Assembly: GCA_013265495.1 (NCBI GenBank)
Contig: MU058844.1
Span: 10,934,184-10,998,183 of the forward strand
Direction of reading: 5' to 3'
Origin: Vicugna vicugna
Taxonomy: Eukaryota
DNA: 64,000 nucleotides
Positions 51,865 through 64,000 of the stretch are shown in pieces. A model generated the notes under the pieces. That model ran no database searches. It was not told where the DNA came from and saw only the letters and a program-made list of their open reading frames with translations. Position 1 is the first letter of the stretch, and each line of letters opens with the position of its first letter. The translations under genes and the position numbers were made by a program.

Positions 51865-54339
51865 AATGCATACTATTAAATAAAGGCAGCATGTCCACAT
51901 TTAGACTTACTGATTCTCTTTACCAAACTCCATTATACTGATTTGCCCAGAGTAGGTGTGCATTAAACACTTAGAAAGCAATTAAATTTTTATCTTTTTT
52001 ATGGGATAATGGTGGCTTCCTTCACTGCTTCTCAACTTTGCACACGCTTTCTAATGGATGAATCACATATGTAGATTAATAGACAATTATCTTAAGGGCT
52101 CAGTCACCTACAGATAATGCCAGATTTGAAATCTTAAAATATTTAAAGGCAAACTCTCTAAGAAAAGATTAATTCAAATGTAATTCACATTAGTATTTCC
52201 AGTTTGCTTTTCAAACTGTAACAAAAAAAAAAAATAAAGATGGATAAGTTCAATTTATAGCAATTTTAGTTAATTGGGATTCTGATACTTTTATAATACA
52301 TAATAATTTAATTTATTGGGTTTTTTTTTCACTGAATACACTATTTATTTGGTTCCACTAATAAGGCAGATCAAGTTTTGTTATCTGATGCATTCAGAGC
52401 ATATAACCTATTTTGTGATTCTTAAACAGAAATAAAGATAAATTGGTATCTTAATTGCCTCCCAGCTTAAAGGATACAAGAATTGTTTTAAAATTTCTTA
52501 AATATCTTTTCATTTGATATCTATTCAATGATGTTTATTTGGTTGTTAACTAGCTCATGGTCTACCACTTTATAGAAAAACAGAACATTCCTGGCGGGGG
52601 GGAATCAATATTCACTAATGATACTACTAATATTCAATAAGTAACAGCGAGTATAACTGATAAACTATTTTTTTGACTTTTATAATTTCAGCTTATCTAT
52701 CTGCTTATATTACCTATGTCATTTTGCTTCATAGTTTATAAATAAATAACACTCTGAGAGATGACTGTGTATAAAGCCTTATAAACTGTTCACCTGATGT
52801 AGAAGACACAGAGATGTCCCTAAAGTACTCTTTATGTTTAACTATGGTTATAAACTGAGCTTAACCTTCAATTGAGTCCTTAAAAATCTATGTAACAAAA
52901 TATTTTTTCTTTTTCTAGAAATGAACGGGCATGGTGACATATGTAATGTTAAGTATCCTTATATGATCAAAGTTAAAGACTGGTTAAAGCATATAGCTAA
53001 AATATAAAATACTTTTTAAGATGCAGAGGCAGAGAAGCAGCATGCACATTTCTTCCATTTTAAAGACGCTCTATCAAGCACACATGAAGGGACGTAATCA
53101 CATGAATAACGTGAAGGCCAAACATTCAACAACAACCAGTTGGTGCCTGAGAAGGAGAACTGGTTCGGTCTGATGATCACCATTTTGTTGACAACTACAC
53201 GAACAAATATTTGGACATATTTTCACAACAGCAAATTATCTCTTTTAATTACTCTCCAATTTGCACTTGTGTTATTTTAACAGCTAGATTGTCCTTTTGC
53301 ACAAATAATAATGGCCTCAACCACTAAAATGCAAATCAAAAGCAGTCAAAAGCTTAGTTTTATTAATGCTGAGACAGAAATGTTAATTACAGAGGATAAT
53401 AAAATATAAAAGAACTCCCTTTGCTGTCTGCAATTCCTTTTGAACTTCTCAGGGGTTTAAATATAGTGTGTGCTTGGCAGACATTCATGTCTAGAAAATA
53501 AAGAAAAGGAAAAATACTACACCAAAATAAAATCTCAAAAACTCAGTAACCGACTCTTTATCAGTCAAGGAGGAAGATTCTCTCTCTTTTGGGCAAAAAT
53601 TCTTTTAAGAGGTCTGAATTCAATTCAAAGTTTCTGTTTCTGGAAAGTACATAATTTCATCACCATGAAAAATGTTGATGGTGAAATAATTGAGCAGAGA
53701 GACACTGTTTGTGACAATTCTTCTAGTTGGAGAAGCAGTGAATTACCCTCAAACTAGCCAGATAGACATACTTATGCATATACCTTTAAAAATAGTGTGT
53801 GAAGTTTTTACATAGGAAGGATATAGTTAAATAAATGGGTTGGATATTATTTAATGGAAATATCTTATTATAACGGAACTTAAAATGCATTTGTGCAAAT
53901 GGATAAAAAGGAAAATAGTGTGTCGAATGATTTTAATTGCCTTCTAGTGTTCTGACAAACCACATTAAATTAAAAGTCATGTACATTTTGACAGTGTTGA
54001 GTATTTAAACTAAGAAATAAGAATGCATCACCAATAGGGATCCACATATATGTTACTTTAAAAAATACAGAACAAATATTCCTCTACGTAAGGTTTTTTT
54101 TTTTTCCTAAAATTATACACAGGAGCCTGACACTATGCTGTTTACAATACTTCACTGCACCTGGAGTACTCTCTCCATGGTCTACAAGTTTCTACAGGGG
54201 GTTACTTAGAGACATCAAGTATCCTCCCCCCTCCTTTCCTGAGTTCTACATGCTTCAGTCAAATGCACCTTCTTTCCATCTCTCAAATACTCTCTGGGGA
54301 CCTACAGCTCTTTCTTCTGCCTGCAGCATCTGATACACG

Positions 54340-54620
54340 GCTGGCATCTCGTCTCAGTTCAAGTGAAACTTCCTCGTCTATTCATTCCAAAATTAGCCAC
54401 ATCTCTCCCTGGTCACTCTCCAGTTTGTTTTATTTTCTTCTTGCACTTAAATACACCTGATATTACCATATTTATTCACCTACATCCTTCTTAATGTCTG
54501 TCTTCTCCTCCTGAATATAAGTTCCACGAGAGCTGTCTGGCTTGTTCACCAGTGTAGCCCTGGTCATAGAAGGGTGCCTGGCAAAATGCCCAAATGAATA
54601 TTTATTGACTCAAAGAATAA
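54340..54620 (+). mobile_element. L2 3' end
   Basis: ttgttttattttcttcttgcactta...tgtctgtcttctcctcctgaatataagttccacgag...cttgttcaccagtgtagccc...gtgcctggca. Confidence 0.8.
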
Positions 54621-55474
54621 AATAACAAACATCTTTTCAGTAACTTTTCCTCATCAAAACATTTATTTTACCAGAAAACTATGAAAATATAGCTATCCTT
54701 ATCCACTGCCTCTCTTAATCAGTATCAGTGGACCTACTAGCAAATTTCAATGACCAGTTATTCAGTTAACTCATTTTGTCACATTTGTGTTTGGTCTAGT
54801 GTACTATAATTACGAGATAATATTTTAAATTTAGATAAGGAGTGAGTCTATTTATACAATTTTCTTAATTTGTGTTTCTAAAGGTATCAGATGAAAAAAT
54901 AGGAGCTAATTCAATTACATAACAAAATAACGTCCTTCAAAAAATCTTCCTATTGGAAGAATATTCATTTTACCTATAAAATGATTTAAGTATAAAATTA
55001 TTTTGGAGCTTCATTAAAAAGAATTGATAAAAAATACAAAGAATATTGCAGTAAGTATATCAGGAACTTTTTCATATGGTGTTTTAAAAGCCAGGTTCAA
55101 AAAAATCCAATTAAGTTTGCAAATTAAACAGAGAGAATTAACATTTTTAAGAGCTACATTAAATTTCAAAGAGAAAAGCCATCTTGGATAAGGAAGCAAC
55201 CAAAAAGAAAAATTTCTTTTGGGAGAAAAATGTTAATAGTTCACAAGTGTATTTTAAAACCTTTGAGATGATGTTAAGTTGTATCCAACTACACTTACAC
55301 ACTTTTTTTTCCACCATATAATACATTAATAAATGTTAAATATATAATAAATATAAAGATAATTCTACCTGGAGAATATCACATAGATTTTGATATTAAA
55401 ACATTTCTTCCAGAGTTTGTAGTTTTTCATCACTACCTTAATTTCCCTAATTGACATTCTGTATTACTTAGATT

Positions 55475-55595
55475 TTCATGTTTATTCACTCAATTGTTTA
55501 CTGCACTGTACTTTTTAACTCATGCCAGACACTGTTCTAGTTCCAGGAAAACAATGGAGGACAAAGCAAAGTCCTACCGTAGAGACACTCATGAG
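55475..55595 (-). mobile_element. L2 3' end
   Basis: tttattcactcaattgtttactg...catgccagacactgttctag...acaaagcaaagtcc. Confidence 0.6.
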
Positions 55596-56534
55596 GAACT
55601 CATCAATGGCTTTAAATAATATGAAAGTTAAATGACAAATACAATCTCAAGTTTTATTTGAAAATGGAGACATTTACTGAGCATTATTTTATAGAACTCA
55701 TCTAGTATACGAAACAATACCTGAATTTGCCAACTTGAAGCCATCAATAATAAAATGAATGTGTCTCATATTAAGTGCTGGGCACACAGTAGGCACTATG
55801 TATTGAAGAGATCAATGAAATGAGATCAGTGAAATGAATGAGACATTTCAGGATCAACAACTAGATCATTTTTGTGTCATTACTGAATCTGCAATTAACT
55901 GCTGGAAAACATGCTCTGTTATAAATGTCCAGCTTTAGCTGCTAATTTGCCAGAAGCCATTTGGAAAGGATATATATTAAAAATTGAATTTTTTTTTTAA
56001 ATGTTAAAGATACAACTTTACTGTAGGTAAAGTTGGTGTTAAAGGGTTTTCTTCCTCATTGTAAACTGTGCTTAAATTGGCCTGCAGAATCACAGATATC
56101 TGTGCTCCTGTTCTCCAAAACCCAGAAAGCAGTGGAAAGCCAGCTGGCAGGGCCGGCTGGCAGCCTGCCATTCTCATCTGTGGTTGCAATGCTGTCCTGG
56201 GGGAAAAAACAATCATGAATTCTGTTTAACTAGGGCCATGGAATGACATTTGTTTCTTGATGGACTGTGGGTCTATTACTAAGACAAACTAGATGAAAGC
56301 CATTCAAATCCTACTTTCTATGACTCGGGGAAGATCAGAGGACTGAAGAAGTTTTGAGAATGGAGATTACACCATTTGTTATTCTTTAACACAATGATAA
56401 AACAACCAAACAGAAAGTAAAACGTTCCAGCACCAACTCATCATTTGACTAACATTTTCTCCTTCAAGTTGACCGAATCGTGCGGGCATGGTATAGGATC
56501 AATCGATATATGAGAAAACAACAACAGGGACAAT

Positions 56535-56745
56535 AGCAATAATGATAATTAACAGTTACTGTTACCTTTCCCCAGGCATTGTTCCAAGAACACTGTTTAT
56601 TAAGTCACTAAGTCCTCCAAACAAGTCTCTAGGTAGTACTGTACTAATTCAAATTCTACAAGAAATGTGAGACAGGAGGGTTAAGTAATTTACTCTCGGG
56701 GTTGTACACTTATTAAGTACGTTACTGTAAGAATCTGACTCCAGG
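56535..56745 (-). mobile_element. MIR SINE
   Basis: ccaggcattgttccaag...aggtagtactg...gagggttaagtaattt. Confidence 0.65.
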
Positions 56746-57054
56746 TAACACTTACACATTTATTTAGAAAACTGTTTATAGTACCTATGAGTTCATAAAA
56801 GATTTATAAATTAGAATTACTGACATTCATGAATGTCTCAAGAAATTCTTGGTTACTGAGATTAGAATTTTAGTAAGATTTTGTTTTAGCTCCACCCCTC
56901 TGGGAGCTGAAGATGAGGAAGGCTACCTAAGCTTAAGTTCCCAGTGGGCCTTTATATTATATTTAGTTCATTTCCCAGCTTTGGCATTTCAGTTCTGCCC
57001 ATGCAGAAGTGGTGTATAGACTTAACTCTATAAAATAAAATAGTACCACTAAAA

Positions 57055-57392
57055 GTGGAGTCTAAAAAATGATACAAATGAATGTATATACAAAACAGAA
57101 ACAGATGCACAGCTATAGAAAACAAACTTGTGGTTACCAAAGGGGAGAGGGAAGGGGCGAGGGGAAATGAGGGCTATGGGATTAACAGATACAAATCACT
57201 ATATATAGAAAGGTAAGCAGCAAGGGTTTACTGGATAGCAGAGGGAACCATACCCATCATCTTGTGATAACCTATAAACGGAATATAATCTGCAAAAATA
57301 CTGAGTCGGTCTGCTGCCTCTTGAAACATAACATCATATTGTGAATCAACTGAACTTCAATAAAAAAACGAAATAAATAAAAAAATTAAAAA
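57055..57392 (+). mobile_element. L1 3' end with A-rich tail
   Basis: aaaacagaaacaga...aacaaacttgtggttaccaaaggggagagg...gggattaacagatacaa...aatcaactgaacttcaataaaaaaa. Confidence 0.92.
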
Positions 57393-58136
57393 GCAGTGAG
57401 GCTACCAGGGCCTCCCCAATCAACATAATATTCCCAAACAATTGAGAAGGGACATTGTCCCCCTACCAAATTTGTATTTTGTAATACGCACTTATCAAGA
57501 AGTCAAGTAGGATCCTTTGTGAGGTAACTGACGTGAAGCTCTCCTGTAGGCTCTGCCCTGTGGCACCCAATACATTACATGGATCCTTATTCGTTATATG
57601 GAGCAAAGCAATGGGTGGGATCAAATTTAAATCAGTGTTGAAGCATCAACTGTCCACTCTTTTAAACCATCAAGACAAACAGCTGCACATGCCTCTACAC
57701 AGCAGCCTTGAACTGTCATTTTTCGGGCTTACAAACTTTAATTCCATGATAAAGATCAACCTTTGGAATTCCAATGGCATCCAAGACCTGGTCTGATAGA
57801 AAACAGTTTACTGTCTAGTCACCAAACATTTACTCCTACCCAAAGTGCTCTAAGGACGTAGTATTGCTACATTGACACCACTGAACTACAGAGAAAGGAA
57901 AGTAGCTTTTCTCTTAAGCTCAGACATCATTCATAATTTTCTGAAATTTGGCATTTGATAAAAATAAATTAGGCTGAATATTTTTCAAATGATATTTCAA
58001 AGAAATGAAGTACGAAAGCTACTTTATGGTACATTTTTGTTGAATCAGTATGAAGGTATTACATATTTAAATGCACTGCCTGCTACTTCTGTAGTCTGTA
58101 TGTACAAGTTTAAGAAAAGTTTAAAATAAAATTTTA

Positions 58137-58362
58137 TTTACTTATTTTTATTGAAGTATAGGCAGTTTACAACATTGTGTCAATTTCTGGTGTACTGCAC
58201 AATGCTTCAGTCATACGTATACATACATGTATTCATTTTCATATTCTTTTTCATTACAGGTTACTACAAGATATTGAATATAGTTCCCTGTGCTATACAG
58301 AAGAAACAAATGGCAATAAGCACATGAAAAAATGCTCAATATCACTAATTATCAGGAAAATG
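58137..58362 (-). mobile_element. L1 insertion with 5' inversion (twin priming), 15-bp TSD
   Basis: 58137-58307 is an antisense L1 3' end; 58308-58362 is a sense ORF2 fragment; TSD taaaataaaatttta at 58122-58136 and 58363-58377. Confidence 0.88.
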
Positions 58363-58555
58363 TAAAATAAAATTTTAAACATCCTTTCAGTTGACCGCTG
58401 ACACTGTCATAAATCTATTTAGGTATTACATACAGTTCAAAAGGACTTAAGTGCATTAGTGTGAGGTTCTGAGAAAGGTAAATTTCTAATTATCGGTTTC
58501 TGTTAATTGAAACTAATTTTTTGTAGAAAATATTTTTTGTATATTGAACTTTAAA

Positions 58556-58728
58556 GGGGGGAGGGTATAGCTCAGTTATAGAGTGCATGCTTAGAATGCA
58601 CAAGGTCCTGGTTTCAATCCCCAGTATTTCCATTAACTAAGTAAGTACATAAACATAACTGCCTCCCCTCCCTCAAAAAAAAAAAAAAAAAAAAATTTTT
58701 TAAAACTACAAAAAAAAAAAAAAAAAAA
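58556..58728 (+). mobile_element. tRNA-Ala-derived SINE (camelid vic-1 type) with double A-tail
   Basis: ggggggagggtatagctcagttatagagtgcatgcttagaatgcacaaggtcctggtttcaatccccagtatttcca, unique tail, then two A-runs. Confidence 0.92.
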
Positions 58729-59113
58729 GAATTTTTTAAAACTTGCAAAATCAGTTAAGACAGCTCAATAAAGTTTAAAAAAATAAAAGAAATCGTATTA
58801 TCCTTTGAAAAATACATAAAATTACTTCATTTTCCTTTTTATATTTATCAAGGAGAAATGAAGCTAATTCAAGGATACCTTCTTTTCACATAATTTTTAG
58901 CTTAATCTATTTTATAGTGTTTTAAATTAAAACAGAATTATATGACTTTGGTATCTACATTGTAAACAATAAATAGAAATATCATTAACTCCTGAATAGT
59001 GTGAAGTTTCCATTTACATGAGGATGTATAGTTTGGGGATATTTGCCCCTCGGGGAAGGTGGCTGCTGTTCATTTCAAATTCAGTTCAGCTCATATGTTT
59101 CAGAATGTGTTTG

Positions 59114-59189
59114 CTGTGCTGTACACCAGAAGTTGCCACAACGTTGTAAACTGACTATACTTCAATAAAAAATATAGTTTAAAAAAAAA
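59114..59189 (+). mobile_element. Short young L1 3' terminus
   Basis: tgtgctgtacaccagaagttgccacaacgttgtaaactgactatacttcaataaaaaa; imperfect flanking repeat atgtgtttg / atatgtttg. Confidence 0.85.
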
Positions 59190-59709
59190 GTATATGTTTG
59201 TTATCTCCTAAATTAAGCACACGTTTTAGGTAAAACTTTGGGTTGTCTCAAGAGAAATTTCTTTTTCCAGGAGATTTATACTTGTTCCACTGGCCACTTA
59301 TTCCACCAGCCATGTTTTCTTGTTTGTTAAACAAAAAAGGGAAGCTAAAATGTTCTCCTCATCATTTACCCCGAGGCATTTCCCTTGTTATTTCTATATC
59401 ATGTATTTCCCTATCTCTTTTCCCTAAAGTACATTTTCCAATGCATTTTTCTTACAATTCCTGTGAAGACACTACTCATTGCCTAGTTAGAACTATTATA
59501 CAAATAGCCGATTCTTTATTCAAGCAGACCAAGTAGCAATTACAGTCAGAAATGAGAAGAAGAAATGCAGTTCTAACTTTACAGTAAATGCTTCGGAAAA
59601 AAAGACTAGGAAAGGGATTTTGTGATACCTAAGAGCTGGATTTCTAGAAACAATTCTTTCCTTCATTTATTCACACAGCAAAGTCACAGACTACATTCCA
59701 GAAATTGAT

Positions 59710-59830
59710 CTCATTGTGTTTTATGCATCTTCTCCCTTTAAAGTCAGTATTATGATCTGCATTTTACATTTGAGAAAAAGGCTCAAGGGTAAAGAAACTG
59801 CCCATTGCATCGCAACTAAATATCTGAGTT
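59710..59830 (-). mobile_element. MIR fragment
   Basis: tattatgatctgcattttacatttgagaaaaaggctcaagggtaaagaaactgccca. Confidence 0.65.
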
Positions 59831-60699
59831 TGCCTTCCGTCCTTAGGTTTCCTTTGGCCATTTTCTTTCTACGACGCCACTACATTTTTCATAAGGTCCC
59901 TGGTATAGCAAGGGGCCTGACTTCTTTACCTTGGAACTCCCAATAGTCAGAGGCTATAAACTGTAGTGGTAACTCAAGTTCCAAATACAGAATAAACCTG
60001 AAAAGCATTTGACAGAACTACTGTTACTCTTGACACTGTTTATTGTCCTTCATAAACTAGAACTAGCTATCATTATTCAGATACTTCGCACCTATCACAA
60101 TCATGCATTATTGGGTCCTGTGACTTCAAATATATGCTCTTATTTAAAATATTTTGGATTTAGCAAAACCATGGGCCAACAACAACAAAAGGAGCATTTT
60201 TATAGAATACCTTCCAAAATATTTTTAAAATAAGTTAATCACAGAGAAAGGAAAGTGTTCCTGTGATAACAAATTTCATTTTTCAAATGGAAATGCCATA
60301 GTTCAAGCCACCAAATGTGTTGTTTTGGAGTCTGTTTATTATGTGGGAAGCAGACAAGTGCTAACTCTTTAGTAAATGCTAAAATAAGTATTATTTTACA
60401 TTAAGCACTTAACAGAATAAATATTATACCAAAGAATTTTAGATTGTTATATTTACCATGCTGATTATTTAATCCTATAATCCTAAATGTCATAAATTAG
60501 TTTTATGAGGCTTTTCTGTCTTTTCTCATTTTGTATTTCAAAATGATCTGGTGACATGAAATAATCAAATCTCTTATGAATAATTCATGTCAACACACAC
60601 TTACTTTCACAATATTTTATGGGATGCTATGAAAACCTAAAAGGAAGGTATATCATTAATTCTGACATAAATAGTCCTAACTGTACGAATTCATGAGTT

Positions 60700-60910
60700 T
60701 TTTACTGCTGTCCAAGCTTTCTAACAAGCACTCAATGCTAATCATCTCATTTACTTCTGACAAGTCAATGAGGACAATACTATTATTTTGATGCCCATTT
60801 GATAGTGAGGGAATGAGGCTGGGAGGGAACAAGAGAGTAAATGACGTGCCTGGCGTCACACCACTGGGAAGTCATCATGCTTAGGTACAGGTCTCCATTA
60901 TTCTAACTGC
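60700..60910 (-). mobile_element. MIR SINE
   Basis: atctcatttacttctgacaa...tgcccatttgatagtgagggaatgaggct...gtaaatgacgtgcctggcgtcacaccactgggaagt. Confidence 0.8.
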
Positions 60911-61039
60911 TAGGCTGGGGCCCACTGTTACTAGACTACGCTGGCGGCGAAAAAAAGAAAAACCACACGCATACCATGAATTAAGACTCAGGTTAACAAT
61001 AAAATTAAATATGATCAAAGTGCTATAAACAAATCAGAA

Positions 61040-61146
61040 CACCCGCAGAGAAGAGGAGGTGTTTGGAATCGGCCTTGAATGTCAGGTAGACTTTTAACAT
61101 GCAGAGACGAAGGGGAGAGAGATCTAGGCAGAGGGGAAGCGCATAG
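61040..61146 (-). mobile_element. L2 fragment
   Basis: gaggaggtgtttggaatcggccttgaatgtcaggtagactttt...aggcagaggggaagcgcata. Confidence 0.6.
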
Positions 61147-61410
61147 GAGCAGGCCCAGGTGTTGGGTTTCCTAACACTTGTACAATTCTGAAGGCCCTTT
61201 TCAGTAAACAATAGTAAAAGTAATAGGAGTACAAAGTTAGGTGGAAAGGACATAGTTCTCTCACTAATTATGGTTAAAATATCTTATTTTTGCAAATTCT
61301 AACCCCCCACCCCCCCAAAAAAAACCCACATATCCACTGCTAGCCTCCCTTTTCAGGATCTCAGAAGGGTCTGTATGCATGACAAGCCCTGAGATTTGAG
61401 GTCTTGAGGT
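61147..61410 (-). mobile_element. MER53-related non-autonomous hAT DNA transposon
   Basis: cttgtacaattctgaaggccctttt...acaaagttaggt...ggttaaaatatcttatttttgcaaatt...agccctgagatttgag follows a MER53-like layout with an extra internal block. Confidence 0.6.
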
Positions 61411-61488
61411 GAAGCACAGAGGATATTTTATTGCATTTTATATCATTACTTTGGTTATGACAGGATTGGATATCTAAACAGTACATAG

Positions 61489-61606
61489 TTTTTTAAACGG
61501 AGGAGGTAATTATTTATTACTTTTTTAATAGAGGTACTGGGGATTGAACTCAGGACCTCCTGCATGCTAAGCATGCGCTCTAACCACTTGAGCTACACCC
61601 TCCTCC
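61489..61606 (-). mobile_element. tRNA-Ala-derived SINE (camelid vic-1 type)
   Basis: gaggtactggggattgaactcaggacctcctgcatgctaagcatgcgctctaaccacttgagctacaccctcc; ctaaaca on both flanks. Confidence 0.9.
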
Positions 61607-62230
61607 TAAACAATATGCATTTAAGCTCATATCTAATGTTTTAATTTAATGCACCATGGTGGTTATCCCTTTGTTTTGGTTATCTGTGTAACAGGAGTTA
61701 AGTCCAGTCTTCAACCTACCTTTCAGATCAGGTTTAGTTTCATTTAAAAGACGTTTGTTTTCAGAACACATCATCACCCGCTGACCAGGTTTTCACAGAA
61801 ATCATAGCATATTAAATTTTACTCAGCTATAGAAGGCTTTAATATTTTTGCCTCAGCTTTTCTGTAATACCCTCTTACAGCATAGATATCATGAGTATCT
61901 AAGTTTTCAGGCTTCATTGTATATTCAATGAACGTTGGTCCTTAAACTTTCTTTCTGTTCAACACAGATGGAAAGAAAGGTATGTACCTGGATGACCTAG
62001 CTTTGAAAATTATGCTTAGTACTGAAATCAAATCTTGCAAACTTCAAAAACAGTTTAATTTAGAAATATGTATAGTACTATATTCAGAATTAATATTATT
62101 GGTCCATAGGCTAATGACTTTACTGTCAGTGTTAATTTATACGTTCTGATAAATTAGCCAATGGAAAGTCAAAAATATTAAGGCAATAATCATTATGAGT
62201 AGATCTGAAGTAACTCATAATTTACTATTA

Positions 62231-62442
62231 TTTTTAAACATTTTTTATTGAGTTATAGTCATTTTACAGTGTTGTTTCAAACTCCAGTATAGAGCACAAT
62301 TTTTCAGTTATACATGAACGTACACGTATTCATTGTCACATTTTTTTTCGCTGAGCTACCACAAGATCTTGTATGTATTTCCCTGTGCTACACTGTATAA
62401 TCTTGTTTATCTATTCTACATACGCCTGTCAGTATCTACAAA
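62231..62442 (-). mobile_element. Young L1 3' end with 16-bp TSD (one mismatch)
   Basis: Antisense L1 terminus; TSD tcataatttactatta (62215-62230) / tcatcatttactatta (62443-62458). Confidence 0.9.
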
Positions 62443-63574
62443 TCATCATTTACTATTAACCACTTTTGGTTTTGATTCTGCATTTGCCTGCAAATAATCT
62501 GGAATGGTTTCCATTTGTATGCACATGCTCAGTGCATTCATACCGGCTGCAGTCATGACGGTCATCTACTTGTCTGCACAACCCTAACAGAGCTTAGTAA
62601 ACACGTTTGGTGGCAAAGGTCATCAGCAGAGTAACCTTGTTGGGCAATTTAGTTACAAGGGAACTCAAATCATAATGAGAACATCATAAAAATAATGATA
62701 TGGGCTATTTTTTCAATTTTAGAATTTGACTTAGGTTTGTCTCTATTTTCTCCAATATAGTGACTTTTCTCAAACTAGGATTCATATGGAGCTATCTCTA
62801 AAATAGGTGGAATTCTCAAAAATGACTCTCCTGCCTCATTGTTGTCATTGAATATTCTTCCTTGGAATAATTTTGGGAGAGAAAATATGTTGCTAAATCA
62901 AACACATGCTTGGATCCTACAAATACCAAATGCCCTCGATTCGTAGCACTAAGACAAAAATAAATAATATACATCAAGAAGAATAGAATGGAAAATTATG
63001 ATAGGGCTGTTATTCACAGTTTTCTTAGATCTTTTATCTCTTGATTATTTGTCACACAAAGGAAGATTTACTGAATAATTTTCAGCACTTAAGAGTTTAA
63101 TGGCACTGGCTTTTTGGATCTAAGAAGACACACGTGCGATACCATTCTTCAAAGTCTGAGGTTACCTTCTTTTGGTACCCACTACTTAGCTTTTAAGGAG
63201 AGGAAAATCTGCTTAATGGATATCACTAAAGCAGTAGATTTGTGACCCTTCCAAGCACAAGTCAAATTGTCACAGGTTTCTAGGGACATTACTGACAGTT
63301 TCCTTTTATCCTATGTGTTCTGAAGTATCTTTAAGTTTTACACCTTGAAAAGCTGTCAAAAATGCTTTCTTCCATGTATAAGTAAATACCAATTAACTGT
63401 CATTTCATGGCGGTTGCTTTAAAATTCAGTAACATCTACAACTTCTGTTAGCTATCTTGACAAATTTGTTCCAGATCTATTGCCCTTTGAATACGCAAAA
63501 TTATTCAGTCTTCTGTCTCTCATAAAACGCAGCCCTAGAAGGCAGCTATGTTAACTAGAAAGCTCAGAATAGCA

Positions 63575-63750
63575 CAAAAGTACTGAGTTTAATGCTCAGG
63601 TCAGGCATTTACTGTTTCCTATTCCTGACTAGGTCCGTTTCCTTATTTGCAAAATGAAGATGATGGAACATGATAGTGTTAATAAATGAGAAAAGCCATG
63701 TGAAAATGCTTTGTATGTAGACTGCAAGTTACAAGGTATGTTATTACTAA
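63575..63750 (+). mobile_element. MIR SINE (diverged)
   Basis: gtttccttatttgcaaaatgaagatgat...aaatgagaaaagccatgtgaaaatgctttgta. Confidence 0.7.
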
Positions 63751-64000
63751 TTATGTGTCGTTTTCTCCCAAAATCTTGCCTCTAACTAAAAACATAACTA
63801 CACATCAATAGCCCATTTTGTGCTTAATGGTCCAATGGATAAAAACAAAACAAAGCAGACAAACCAAAAACCAGTAACAGCAAACCAGCCAGCCAGCAAC
63901 AAGATTACAGTTACAGTGGAAAGGTAAGTAACGGAGGTATACACGAAAAAATCAGTAGGACTAATTCTACATGAGTCCACAAGAGAAACATAGTATAAAA

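Noticed and set aside
58556..58632. tRNA-Ala(AGC)-like sequence (also at 51.2, 51.8 and 61.5 kb)
   Set aside because: Mutated stems and anticodon loop, shared SINE tail, A-rich ends and TSDs show these are SINEs, not tRNA genes.
1..64000. CRISPR arrays, operons, NUMT, endogenous viral ORFs, snRNA/7SL/Y RNA copies, named host gene
   Set aside because: None seen by eye; the sequence is mammalian non-coding DNA and I cannot assign a gene symbol without alignment.

Overview
AT-rich mammalian genomic DNA, most likely a camelid (alpaca, llama or camel), inferred from four copies of a tRNA-Ala(AGC)-derived SINE and young L1 3' ends. I recognise no protein-coding exon, RNA gene, processed pseudogene, NUMT or viral ORF; the supplied ORFs look like chance, low-complexity or repeat-derived frames. 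The window is a mosaic of ancient repeats (MIR, L2, L3/CR1, L1M, MER3, MER5, MER53-like hAT, MLT1A, MER34-like and LTR16-like LTRs), younger L1/SINE insertions with visible target-site duplications (TSDs), microsatellites and repeat-free stretches resembling enhancers. All three LTRs and the longer L1s lie on +, suggesting by inference a long intron of an unidentified minus-strand gene. The best-supported oddities are a twin-primed inverted L1 with a perfect 15-bp TSD, a chimeric young/old L1 3' end apparently inserted as one unit, and an isolated CpG-rich patch with exon-like splice sites. Several minus-strand exon candidates are speculative; three could splice into a 29-aa ORF. I found no convincing new biological system. 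Repeat family names come from remembered consensus sequences and boundaries are approximate.
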